From positions 80,042,001 through 80,106,000 of the forward strand of contig NC_083243.1 in NCBI RefSeq assembly GCF_032191835.1: DNA of 64,000 bases, read 5' to 3'. The stretch's first letter is position 1, and every line of letters begins with the position of its first letter. Positions 1-11,594 of this stretch are shown piece by piece. The notes under the pieces were generated by a model. That model did not search any database, was not told the DNA's origin, and saw only the letters and a program-made list of their open reading frames with translations. The translations under genes were made by a program, and so were the position numbers. This DNA comes from Heteronotia binoei (lineage: Eukaryota).

Positions 1-160
1 TCTGAAGCTTGGAATAAGGTATCTTTCTTGTAGACCTTTATCAGGTGTGGAACTCTGGCAGAAATGTTCACTTTCTTTGAATAGCTTGGATTAAAAAACT
101 TTGAGGTTTTTTTTTTGTTTTTCAAGTGCCTCTGGTGACAAGTCAAGCAAGATAAGGATT

Positions 161-222
161 TTCTTGTCATTAAGGCTCCTTTTTGGCACACTTCTTGTCA
201 TTAAGGCTCCTTTTTGGCACAC
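161..222. repeat. 31-bp perfect tandem duplication
   Basis: TTCTTGTCATTAAGGCTCCTTTTTGGCACAC occurs at 161-191 and 192-222. Confidence 0.9.
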
Positions 223-267
223 TTCTTTGAGTACTCTTTCTCAGGATTTGAGATAAATGAATTAGGG

Positions 268-1539
268 CAGGGGTGTTGAACTCATTTGTTATGAGGGCCA
301 GACCTGGCCTAAATGAGACCTTGTCAGGCCGGGCCATGTTGGGCCAGGCCATATGTGTACCTATTTAAGATTAGATAGCAGAGATATAAACTTTATAAAG
401 GTCACAGAAAAACACAATCAAAGATTTTTTTTTTTTTAAACTTAAAATATGCTTAAAACATTAGCACTCATTGGCCTTAAAGTTGCTTTCTTTGTATTTC
501 TCCCATGGGATCCTGGGAACTGGGCAAAGAAAGCTCTGGCTCTTTCCTTCCTTCCCCAAGGGATCAAGAGGGGGGTGTCATGCCTGCCCCTGACTCAGCA
601 CCTGCTAGCTCAGAGCAGGCACCTTTAACAGCCCTGGACGTAAGTCCTGAGGAGGCAAGCCGGCAGCAGGAGCCACCTGGAACTGATCAGGCCACGCCGG
701 GCCCCAGCTAATCCCCTCCTGAATCTCCACCACCTGTTAGCCGGCTCCGTGAAAGGAGACGGCAGGAGATTAGAAACAGAAGGAGTGAAGCACGCATGCG
801 GGGGAGAAGAGATCTAAGCCCGGCATACTAATGGGTTAACAAGCCAGCACAGTATATCTGCAATCCTGGCCCTTTGGCAAACTGTGCTGGCAACGAACGA
901 TCCTCCTGGGACGTGACCACGCTCTGCACCCTCTTGACTCCTGTGAGAACCCGCATATTTCTGACCCGGCTTGGACCTTGGACCTCGGAACTCTGGACTG
1001 TGACTCTGCTCTGTGGACTTGCTTTGGTAATTTGACTTCATTCGGCTTTGCTCTCTCTGAGTACCCGACCCTCGGCATTCCTGTGTTTACGCTCTCTGTC
1101 TCATCCCTTGGCTCGGACTGATTTATGGTTTTGACTAATTGGACTGTTTAAGATAACGCCTGTGCTGCTCCCTGAAAACCTCAGCCGGCTGCAAGAGTTC
1201 TGGCTGACTGCCGGGACGCCAGCAGCCGTTGCCTACCCGAGGCTCGAGTCGTGACAGGGGGAGCCTCAGCCAACAGAAAGAAGATAGGCTTGACTCAGTA
1301 GCTTTGCTGTGCGATTGAGAGAGCCTAGCAAAGCAAGCTCTTCCTCCCCCCCCCCTTGCTTCCCAAGGGAGGAGGCTCAACCAATTGAGAAAATAGAGGT
1401 TTTTCTCTGTAGTCTTGCAAGTCTTGCAAAGCAAGCTGTTACACAGAAGGAAGCAAGATGACAGCCACTTGTTTGGGGGCCTGATAGGAGCCCTCCTGGG
1501 GCCTGATTTGGCCCCCAGGCCAGATGTTTGACACCTCTG
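268..1539. mobile_element. hAT-type MITE (Charlie-like TIRs) interrupted by a solo LTR
   Basis: Ends CAGGGGTGTTGAAC and GTTTGACACCTCTG are imperfect TIRs. Flanks AATTAGGG/CTCTAGGA resemble a decayed 8-bp hAT target. No ORF. Confidence 0.7.
576..1256. mobile_element. Solo LTR (681 bp, probably Gypsy-type)
   Basis: TGTCA...TGACA inverted termini, flanked by GGGGG at 571-575 and 1257-1261 (TSD). GC-richer than the surrounding DNA. Confidence 0.75.
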
Positions 1540-1540
1540 C

Positions 1541-1770
1541 TCTAGGATGATTATGGTGTGTATTTGCATCAAGCCCATGATGTTTCAAATTATATATTCT
1601 CCATCTGTTTTCCAGGGCTGGAATTCTGTCCATCACTTTCTTCTCTGAGCTTTGAAGTGATTTAACTTCTTTTTGTAAAGTAATACCTATTTCTATGGCA
1701 TTTTCAACCAACTTCAGTGTTTCTTTAAGCTCAGTCATTAAACTTAGCTTGAACTCGTTGCAACTCATTG
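1541..1770 (-). pseudogene. Decayed L1-clade ORF1 fragment
   Basis: Translation of ORF 1439-1768 shows a coiled coil followed by LENRWRIYNLK, matching the L1 ORF1 LEN/DRxRRxNLR motif (compare LEGQTRRRNLR at 53816-54703). Confidence 0.55.
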
Positions 1771-2961
1771 CAACCTCCTGTGGAGCAGAAGGGCAAAAGC
1801 TCGGTTAATCTTGAAAAAAGAAAGTTAGAAAAAAGAAAACAATTGTATTCTAGAAAACTGGATACAAAATAAATTTTTAAGCAGGCAAATTTATATCCAT
1901 TGTCACAATCATTTCCATTTTTAGTATAATCATTCCCCAAATGTTCCATTTCTCACCCTGGTTTGTTTGCCCCCCACCCCCCAATCTATATTGGTGGAAA
2001 TTAGGAAAAATTGCTGCCACTTTAATCCCATAATATTGCTGTTTGGTTTTCTCTCAAAGCGGATTAAGAAGCACTTCAAATGCCTCAAATATTTTCTTAA
2101 CAAGGCTTTTACTATAGGTACTTATAATAGGGAAGCTATTTGATTTGCTGGCAGGAGATAAAACGGCATAAATTGTATGGAAGTTTGCATACAATACATT
2201 CTGTATTATATATTCCCATGCTGTGTAAAGTTTAGGCTCTGCTCTGTTATTAACTATGGTATGATTTAAGTTAAGTGATTCTGATTCTTGTTATTGTGCA
2301 GCTAGGTTTAAAGCTAAAACAGTGCTAGCAAAGTCAGAGCCATTGTGTTGTTTTGAAATGAATGTTATAGCAAGAAGAGAAGTTGACCTATTAAGATTTT
2401 GTGGAGATGAGAATGTGGGTAATAAACTCCCAAAGCTAAAGATAAAAATAAACTGGCTGTTAAACCATACAGAAAATGGGGCTCTTGAACAAATAGATTT
2501 GGGTTTATCTCCAGCATATCCAGTATGATTTTTTAAATATTAGTCTTGCATGCCGAAAGTCCTCAAAGAAAACAGGGAACAATACAAAAAATCACCAGCA
2601 GATCTGTTCACCTGCAGATCTGTTTTTCTGCTCTCCCTGCCATTTCTTTTAGCTAACACTCAGTTACTCATGACACTCTTTCCCTTCTGACATGTCTTCA
2701 GCCCTCATCAGACTGGTTTTTAGATTTTTTGTTCTATGATGTCATATTGTATATCTGGGAAGTCTCCCAACTAGATAGAAACTTCTACATTGCCCACAAG
2801 TGGCCCCATTGTATTGTTTTTATTCTCTACAGAGGGGCCAGCCATCTAATTATTACTTTACTATTACAGTGATTTTGCCTTCTCTTCAAGTTTCTTTTTT
2901 TATGCTGAGGGGAAATAAGTGGGAAAGGTATTGACTTTATTGAATGGTAAATGGTTTTGCT

Positions 2962-3560
2962 TTTGTTGTTATTGTTCAGTCGCACAGTCGAGTCCGATTC
3001 TTGGCGACCTCATGGACAAAGTCACGCCAGGCCCTCCTGTCCTCCACCATCCTCTGAAGTCTGCTCAAATTTATGTTTGTTACATCAGTAACACTGTCCA
3101 GCCATCTCATCTTTTGCCGTCCCCTTCTTCTTTTGCCTTCTGTCTTTCCCAGCATCAGAATCTTCTCCAGGGAGTGCTCCCTTCTCATTTGATGGCCAAA
3201 GTATTTGAGCTTCAGCTTCAGCATCTGACCTTCCAGGGAACAGTCTGGGTTGATTTCCCTTAGGACTGACTGATTTGATCTTCTTGCAGTCCAAGGGACT
3301 CTCAAGAGTCTTCTCCAGCACCACATCTCAAAAGCATCTATTCTTCTGAGCTCGGCTTTCCTTATGGTCCAGCTCTCACAGCCATACATTACTAATGGGA
3401 ATACCATCGCTTTGACTATACGGACTTTTGTTGGCAGGGTGATGTCTCTACTTTTTATTATACTGCCCAGGTTCGCCATAGCTGTCCTCCCAAGGAGCAA
3501 ACATCTTTTAATTTCATGGCTACAGTCACCATCTGCCGTGATCTTGGATCCCAGAATGGT
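2962..3560 (-). mobile_element. Bov-B (RTE) LINE, 5'-truncated 3' end
   Basis: ORF 2976-3500 reads LLGRTAMANL...VKAMVFPLVMYGCESWTIRKAE...RWLD, the typical Bov-B C-terminus, followed by an (AAC)n-like tail. Confidence 0.95.
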
Positions 3561-4181
3561 TTTGCTGTTGCCTAATTAAATCAATGTCTTAATATTTTAA
3601 TTCTTAGGATCCCATAATCTATGATAAGCAGATCTAATTCAGGTCTAAGGTAGGATGAACAATTACATGTGGTAAATTGTATTACCAGCTCCTAGTTGTG
3701 GGGCGAGGAGCCTGTGGAGGGTAAGGTTTAGGTAGGGGAGAGACTTCAATGGGGTATAATGCCATTGAGTTTACCTTCTAAAGCAGTCATTTTCTCCAGG
3801 TGAAGTGATCTCTGTTGCTTGGAAATCAGTTGTAATACTAGGACATCTCCAGCCACCTCCTGGGCATTGGTTCATTTCTCTTCTGTATAGTAGTAGATTT
3901 ATGAAGTCTGACATCTGAAGAACTTTTAGTGCATTTGTATTGCATTTGGTGCAAGAACAACTATAATATTCTTACTACATATCTTTTTTATTTTCCTGGA
4001 TTTATAGAAACAAAGAAATATATTTTATAAGATAGTGGGTAATATATGAGGACTTTTCTTTAAGTAATTCTAACTGTTACAAGAGGAAACAAGAAATAAG
4101 TAAAAATATGCATGTAACTGGGTATATGTGTATATGTGTGTATATATGTGTATGTTTGAGTGTATGTATATACATATTATA

Positions 4182-4257
4182 CTAGAATGATTACAGGTTT
4201 GGAACACTTTCCCTATGAAGAAAGGTTAAAACACTTGGAGCTCTTTAGCTTGGAGAA

Positions 4258-4345
<88 letters not shown>

Positions 4346-4427
4346 TTTTAGCCACTGTGTGATACAGAGTGTTGGACTGGATGGGCCATTGGCCTGATCC
4401 AACATAGCTTCTCTTATGTTCTTATAT
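4182..4427 (+). mobile_element. CR1 LINE 3' fragments separated by a (TG)n(TA)n microsatellite
   Basis: RMITGLEHFPYEERLKHLELFSLEK at 4182-4260. The CR1 3' end GGCCTGATCCAACATAGCTTCTCTTATGTTCTTAT is at about 4390-4427. The microsatellite spans about 4261-4341. Confidence 0.85.
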
Positions 4428-4664
4428 ATTGTCTGTATGTGTATGTGTGTGTGTGAGAGAGAAAGAGAGAGAGAGAGAGAATGTGTGTGTAATAACCTTT
4501 ATTTAAGACTTTGAGTTTGCTAGGGGAATCAAGTTGCTATGGTTTGTTCAGTATAAATCAAAATACATTTGTATACATTCTATTCCTGTGTATTAGAATT
4601 TAGGATGTTTATATTATAGGGTATTAGTAAAATAAAAGTTCTAATTTTGTCATTAAAGGAGTAA

Positions 4665-5008
4665 GACTCTTGAGAGTCCTTTGGACTGCAAGAAGATCAA
4701 ATCAGTCAGTCCTAAGGGAAATCAACCTAGACTGTTCACTGGAAGGTCAGATGCTGATGATGAAGCTCAAATACTTTGGCCACCAAAAGAAAAGGGAGTG
4801 CTCCCTGGAGAAGATCCTGATGCTAGGAAAGCTAGAAGGCAAAAGAAGAAGGGGACAGCAAAAGATGAGATGGCTGGACAGTGTTACTGATGTAACAAAC
4901 ACGAATTTGAGCAGACTTCGGAGGATGGTGGAAGACAGGAGGGCCTGGCATGACTTTGTCCATGGGGTTGCAAAAAGTCGGATTCGACTGTGCGACTGAA
5001 CAACAACA
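4665..5008 (+). mobile_element. Bov-B (RTE) LINE 3' fragment
   Basis: ORF 4670-4999 is nearly identical to the peptide at 2976-3500 and ends in a CAACAACA tail. Confidence 0.95.
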
Positions 5009-5914
5009 TAGTCTCATAAGAAAGAATAGGAAATAATTTTACATCAACTGTGTAGCGGTATAGGTTTAAGTCAGTATTTAATCTTTTCAAGCCTAACAGT
5101 TATTATCAAAGAGCTTTGGGAACAGAAGGGAAGGAAAATCTAGTTTTATTCGTAAAGTTATAACATACTTATTATATTAGTGCACTCAGGTATAGGATTG
5201 TTATAATTGGTCTACAACCCCCCCCCCCCAAATAAAACAAAAAAAATATTAAAATACTAAAAAATTAACATTAAAAGTGTGTGTAAAACAATGGGGAGGG
5301 AGTAGGTGTGTATGTTTATGTACGTATATGTTTGGGTATTTTTTAGAGTCTTATAGTTCACCTTCTTTTACTTATCTTCCTTCTTCTCATTTTTCTTTCT
5401 CTCACTCCTTTCTCCCTCTCTTTTTTCTACATCCCCCTTCTGTTCATTCTCATTCTTTCTCTGTACCACTGTCTTTCAGTCTTTTTATTTAATTCTGTCT
5501 ACCCTCCCTTTAATCCACACAAACAGTAGCAGTTTCATCTCTTCAACTGACAAGGAATGTTCGTACACAGTAGGGTGGGGCCACTTCAGCAGATAAACAG
5601 AGGGAGTGAAAGGGAGGCTTGCAATGGCTTTCCTCACAGTGTCAGCTGCTTGATGCTTGATGCTACCAGCCATTTCCTCCTAGGGAACCATTGTTGCCAA
5701 CCTCCAGATGCTTGGTTTTCCCCACACACACACTGTGAGGAAAGATTGTCCTTTTCCCATGTAGAGGCTGCAGGGTTGCCAACTCCAGGTTAGGAAATTC
5801 CAGATGGCAGAGATCATCTCCCCTTGAGGTGTGTGTGTGGGGAAATTAATGCCTTCACTTGGGTGAGTGGAAAGACAGCAAGGCTGGGGAGGGGGGTACT
5901 CACTCAGAGGGATT

Positions 5915-6320
5915 TAGTGGCTCCTTTCCAGGTTTGTCTGAAATTCCTAAGGTATCTCAAATCTTCTGCAACATGTGATTTTTCCCAAAAATGGTTCACA
6001 AGAGGGGCTTTCTTGACCATGTGACGAATTCGCGACTTGTGTTCAAGTATACGCACCTTGATGGGCCAAACCGGTTTCATAAGTTGTATTCATAAGTTGT
6101 ACAATACCAGTTTGGTCCATCAAGGTGCGTATACTTGAACACAAGTCATGAATTAGTCACATGGTCAGGGAAGTCCCACTTGTGAACCATTTTTGGGAAA
6201 ACAAACAGGATGTTCAAAAAGTACTACTACAACAGGAAGCAAAACTTATACATAGATTCCAGACGTTAGAACCTAGGGGACTTTGATCAGGATTTTGATT
6301 TGTCATGCTTTTTATAAATA
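5915..6320 (+). mobile_element. Penelope-like element GIY-YIG 3' fragment with an inverted 5' arm
   Basis: The plus strand reads SIKVRILEHKS*ISHMVREVPLVNHFW...LLQQEAKLIHRFQTLEPRGL/DQDFDLSCFL*. Positions 5980-6201 form a long inverted repeat. Confidence 0.75.
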
Positions 6321-7465
6321 TGCACAATCATTGTTAGGTAGCAATAGAGGGAATATGAATGTTATGGATTAGCATAAGTTTTAATGTTAATAATAAATTG
6401 ATAATTAATAATTTATAAAATAATTTATTATATAATAATTTCAGAAGGTTGTACATATAGGTTCTGCTGTCAGTAATGTACACAGTGGTAGGAGGAAGGT
6501 ATACCTTTAAATTCTAAACTTTGGATTGTAATGATTGATATTGATAAATCTTAGGTCATGTACTGTACCAATTCTATTTTGATATATTGCATGTAGTATA
6601 TTATATTGTGTGAACTAATAACAGTAATCAATTGGTTTGAAGGATATTATTTTTTTTCAAAACTGTTCCTTTTCCTCTTGTTTTAGTCATGTATAAGATC
6701 AATTTGACAATAATTAATTTATACCAAGTGTTAGAACAAATGTTAGGTATACCTTTAAATGACTGAAATGATAGACACTGACAAAGTTTTGGTCAAGTAC
6801 TGGATCTATTTATTATGATACATCGCATGTTGTATACAAGTTAAGAACTGTAATCAATTAGCAGAATGGACTAATATGGTTTTTTAAAAAATTGTTGCAT
6901 GGAGAGGTTTTTTAGGTGGTTAGGCTTGCAGTGAACCCTCTGTGGTCCCGGTTTGGTTGTCATAGCGTTGTTGTTCAGATCACATGGGGGAGAGGAGAAT
7001 AATGTAAACTGCTTTGGCCCTTCCCCCCAATATGAAGAAATATTGTTATTTTCCTATGTAGAGGATGCAGGGAGGGGAACAGCAATGAAAACCTGAAGTC
7101 AGAGGGGCAGATAAGGGGAAAGAGATAGGTTGCCAACTCCAGGTTAGGAAATTCTGGAGATTTAAGGGGTTGGGCCTGGAGAGGGTGGGGTTTGAAAAGG
7201 GATAGGACCTCAGACAGGCACCATGCCATTTCCTCCTGAGGAACCACTGGAGAGCACTCAGATTTACAATTGCTCTCTAGATGGCAGAGATCAGCTCTCT
7301 TTGAGGTGTGGAGGGGAGTCAATGCCTTCACTTGGGTGGGTAGGAAGACAGCAAGGGTGGTGGGCACTCACCCAGAGCCTCCTTCTAGAGCCTGTTGTAT
7401 TTTTCTTCACGATGGGCCTTAGTCCTAGTTCACCCATAAAATGCTAGATCATTTCAGAAGACTTT

Positions 7466-7628
7466 GGCCAGTTCTGCACTATACCTATAAATCTGGTTCA
7501 GCCCTGTCCCCAAACTGACATTGTAAACTAGAATCATAGAAACCAGCTATGAGTCTATTATTCTAGTGTAGAAAATCAGTTTGGGGACAGGGCTGAACCA
7601 GGATTAAAGGTCTAGTGCAGAATTGGCC
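7466..7628. mobile_element. PIF/Harbinger-type palindromic MITE (163 bp)
   Basis: TIRs GGCCAGTTCTGCACTA and TAGTGCAGAATTGGCC, 3-bp TSD TTT, and long internal inverted arms. Confidence 0.8.
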
Positions 7629-9578
7629 TTTGTTCCAGTTTAAACCGCCATGTTCTGTCTATGATGGTAACCACAAGAAGCAGGGATTTTATAGGAGTGT
7701 CACGCATGCTTTATGGATGATTTTTGGTACATGGTCAAAATACTCTTTTTAAAAATGTTTGCTTCCTGTTTCTGTTTTTATTTTATTGCAATTTTATTGG
7801 TGTATCAGTTTTAATTGTGCAGTGTTTTATGAAGCTGTTCTCCATAAACTGATATTTAAAAACCTCCAAACAATAAAAATCATTTTAAAAAAAAACCCTC
7901 GAGAGGTGAAATTTAGAGGGGGAGCATGGGAATGCTTCCAGAAAAAGTCTCCATATGAAGTACTATCCTCTTTTCCTCGCAACATCTAGGCTGTGATCAC
8001 ACACACTAAATAATGCACTTTCGATTCACTTTCCAAATGGATTTTACTGCAGCTGTTTCTACACTTGACAGAAAATCCTTTGTGCGTATTTAAAAGTAAT
8101 CACCTACATTGCATATCACCATCACTTCTTTCTTGCTTTGCACTTTCTTAAGTCTTCTACATTCATTTTGATGAATGGGCACCAAAAATGCTTTCACCCT
8201 GGAGTTGCCCTGCAGTTCTCAAGAGTACTTTTGAACAGGAATTTTCCTGAACATCCAGATCTAAGGTCGTAATTATTGAACTTTCCTTACAAGTTTTCGA
8301 ACTCCTCCCCAAAGTCCTATTTGCTTGCGAGAGGACTGATTCAGGAAGTCACTGCCTTCCTTTCCTCTGAGTGGCAGAGAGTCGCCCCACCGCCCCTTTC
8401 ACCTGCCCAGGTCCATGGACGTTGCATGGGAGTAGGTGAAGTAGGCAGCCACCTGAGAAACCACCTTGCCTACAGGGCACCTTTGGGCATCCCCTCCCCC
8501 TGCCTTGCTGCTCTCGGCTTCCTGGGTTGCAGACCCAGGAAGCTGAGAGTGGGAGAATGGCGCATCAGCGCGTGCTCTCCTCTGAGTTGGGCTTCCCTTG
8601 CAAAGAAAGCCCAGCTCAGAGGAGAACGTGCCCTCCCAGCTGTTCCTGCCTTCATGGCAAAAGCAGCTGGGCAGGGCATTGGCACAGATTCTCCAAGCAG
8701 GACTCAGAGGAGAAGACCTCTGCAGTGTGGTCTTGGAGCACACTGTGCAGGCCTGACTTGGCTGGGGCCCACCCAGCCCTCCTTCCACACCACAACATCT
8801 GCTCTCCTTGCGGGTGGGAGTGCAGCAGTGGGGCAGGCATGGGTGGGGGGGCATGAGGCAGGTGCTGGCCTGGGGTGGCTGAGGCCCTAGTGCCGGGCCT
8901 GCCCCAGGGCAGGCAAAAGAGGCAGCATGCCGCAGGAATGTATGCACCGCTGCACAGGGAGTGGGGGGTCTTTGCCCGGGGCTGTAGGACTCCTAGTGCT
9001 GGCCACTTCAGGTTGTTGGAGGCTCTGCCCACTTCTCCTCCCCCCTCCTGGAATAAAAGCCCAGGTCCAACCAGACCCAAAGCAAAGCCCATTGGGGGCT
9101 GTTGTGTGTGTGGGGGTGCAACAGCAATGCCTTGACTGGGGTTTCAAACCTCCCCCCCACCCCACCTATGACTGGGCAATCTCAAGAGACAGCTGAATTG
9201 AACCTCTAGCCTCTGGGATCCTCTGATTTTTGAGAGAATGTTTGCATGTACCAGAGATGTACACATCTGGAAAACATGTTGCCCCATTTCTCACAAAATG
9301 GTGACCATGCATATTGGCAGAATTACATGCAGCATGGATTCCTCTTAGTTATGGTTGAAATGCCCTGTAATAAGAGCCCTGTAAGCTCTTGGAGGATTGG
9401 CTGCATCGAAGTGTGTGGCCTAATATGCAAAGGAGTTCCTGCTACAAAAAAAGCCCTGCTTAGAATATTTGTTTATTAGAGAACATGTTCCACTGAAATC
9501 AGAGAGGCTTCTGAATAAATTTGTGTAAGACTGGGCTGCCTGTTTACTCAGTTCATTGCCCCTTAGTAAATCACTTAC

Positions 9579-9642
9579 ATCATTTCAAAGGTCATCCAAA
9601 GAACAGGGTTTGGTTCTTTCAATACTAGATCATTAGATTTTC
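9579..9642 (-). CDS. Candidate coding exon (GKSNDLVLKEPNPVLWMTFEM)
   Basis: Acceptor ttttgctcacag|G, donor AT|gtaagt, 64 nt, one open frame (phase 1 to 2). Confidence 0.4.
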
Positions 9643-10338
9643 CTGTGAGCAAAAACTTGCAAAATGCCGTTAATATTCATTTCAGCCTATAGAAGTCTGA
9701 CATAATTCAATCTAATCAGGATACAACAGCATCTGGATGGGATGGGACTGATCGTTTGGAAGATATTAATCCCTTTTCAGACTATCCATCCTAGAATCAT
9801 ACTATTATTTTTCCTTTAAATCTAGAGATTGTTCAATTTTCATGATTCAGTAGAATACATTGGAATAAATTATGTATAGTTACTTTGCCCAGCAGAATAA
9901 TTTGTCTTTAAAATCATTCCTATTTCCACTGCCTTTCAAAATACTCCTTTGCATGACCAAAGTTAAAAGTGCTTACCTCCAATTAAATGGAGGTAAGTAT
10001 ATGTTAATTGAAGTTAACACAATTATAATATTGCTAATTTTTAATTGGACCAGGACTATTCTCAACTATATGATTTTATGCACGTAACAAGGATACTGGG
10101 GGGGGGGGGGGGGATAAAGAAAAGGTCAGATAAGCATTTGGAACATTTATCATTTTTTGTAAAGTCAGCTTCTGTAGTAACAGCATTATCACAGCTAGCC
10201 CCACCCAACTGTGATGAAATTCTTCAGGGACTCTGCTCCTCAGACAAGTTCTCCCTTCCAAATTTCAGAATGTATCCCAGTTCTATAGTTAATTAAAATT
10301 CTCATTTGCACAGCAGCCACAGTCTGATGTGAATGTTT

Positions 10339-11193
10339 TGTGAGAGGACGGTATTTCATACTTTCCTAGTTTCCCAGCCGTGGCCTACCAGGACTGCCGC
10401 TGGTGCCGCCCACGCCCCCCTGAACTGGCACAGGACCACTGGCCCACCTGAACTGGCACAGGACTCCTGGCTCCCGGACCCACCCAGCACCTCCAACGTG
10501 GGTCGATGACAGCCTTGCTCTCCCCCACTCACCCAGAGGGACAGGGAGCCAGCGCTCGCTGCCCCAGCCGGTGAAGCAGCTGCTCCTGAGGGTGGTGAAG
10601 AAGCAGGGCCCACTGAAGACGTTGGGGCCAGGAGCCGCCCTGCGGATAGGTGGGCCCGGCCCCAAATCCAAGCCAGCATTGCCTGGCTCCCTCACACACA
10701 CACACCCTGGGCTCTGCTGGCTGGTGGAGCCCCCGAAGAACAAGAAGGGAGGAACCAGACCAGCAAGGGCGCTTTGCTCCTGACCGCAGCAGGCCCACAG
10801 GGCCTGCCACTCCCAAACAGCCAGCCAGCCAGCCAGCAAGCGCTAGGAGAGGGAAGGGGCTGCTGGGTGTCTTCCCTTAGGAAGGGGGGTGGAGCCTGGA
10901 GGGTTACCCATGGGGGAGGAGACATGGGAGCTGGGAGGGGAATAAAAGGAGGGCTAGACAGCCAGTGAAGGGTGGTCAGTGATGATTCAAAGGAGTGGAG
11001 CTGGTGCCTGAGCGAGCCTTGTACAGCCAGAAAGGGGAGAGAGAGAGGTGGAAGAGGAGAACTAAGGTCCAGACAGAGGAACAACAGGGTGCTGTAACCC
11101 AGCCCTCCACTCTACTCTGTGACCTCCCGGCTGGGAGGTAGACAGATGATGGCCACTCGAGGGGCTGGGCCCTGCACCGGGCGGCATGTGACA
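10339..11193 (+). mobile_element. Putative solo LTR (about 855 bp)
   Basis: GC-rich block starting TGTGAG and ending TGTGACA, with a TATA-like GAATAAAAGGAGGG at about 10940. No TSD found. Confidence 0.4.
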
Positions 11194-11289
11194 CCTAGGA
11201 TCTTCAAGTAGGGGATGAATCTCACTGTGAGCATGTGTAAATGGAACTCATAGCAAGCAAGCTAAATCTTGCCCTTTCACAAGCCTTAC

Positions 11290-11346
11290 CTTACGGTGCT
11301 CCATATCCTTCAACATTTTTCTTCCACCTCAACTGGTATTAAAGCC
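11290..11346 (-). CDS. Candidate coding exon (ALIPVEVEEKMLKDMEHRK)
   Basis: Pyrimidine-rich acceptor ending ttag|G, donor AAG|gtaagg, 57 nt, phase 0-0, in phase with the exon at 11548-11594. Confidence 0.6.
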
Positions 11347-11547
11347 TAACTAGAAGATGCACTTCAAACAGAAGAGTACAGGAGGATAAAGTTGGGAAGT
11401 AGGGTTAGCTGCTCTCACCTGTGTGTTCCCCCACCAGTGTGCTGCACACCAAAGATGCACCTCCCTACAAACAGCCTCCTCCAGCCAAGTCATAGTGGTG
11501 CAAATGCAATAAACTCCTGGACAAGTGATGTTCTGTCTTGGACTAAC

Positions 11548-11594
11548 CTGACATTCAGGAACCATTTCAGAATACATTTCAATATGATGGCTCA
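11548..11594 (-). CDS. Candidate coding exon (SHHIEMYSEMVPECQ)
   Basis: Acceptor attgtcttttcag|, donor CAG|gttagt, 47 nt, phase 1 to 0. Confidence 0.6.

Noticed and set aside
2370-2417. Isolated plus-strand exon-like segments (also about 6697-6756, 11848-11950 and 46741-46840)
   Set aside because: Splice-like sites and open frames exist, but I could not build a consistent phase chain or recognise a homologue.
6775-6805. Decayed hammerhead (CTGACAAAG...GGTCAAG) after the Penelope fragment
   Set aside because: Needs at least two core substitutions, which is too degenerate to support.
8276-9196. Cluster of 70-204 aa ORFs in a GC-rich block
   Set aside because: Overlapping in several frames with low-complexity peptides and no motifs. 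Probably an unclassified repeat interior whose ends I could not define.
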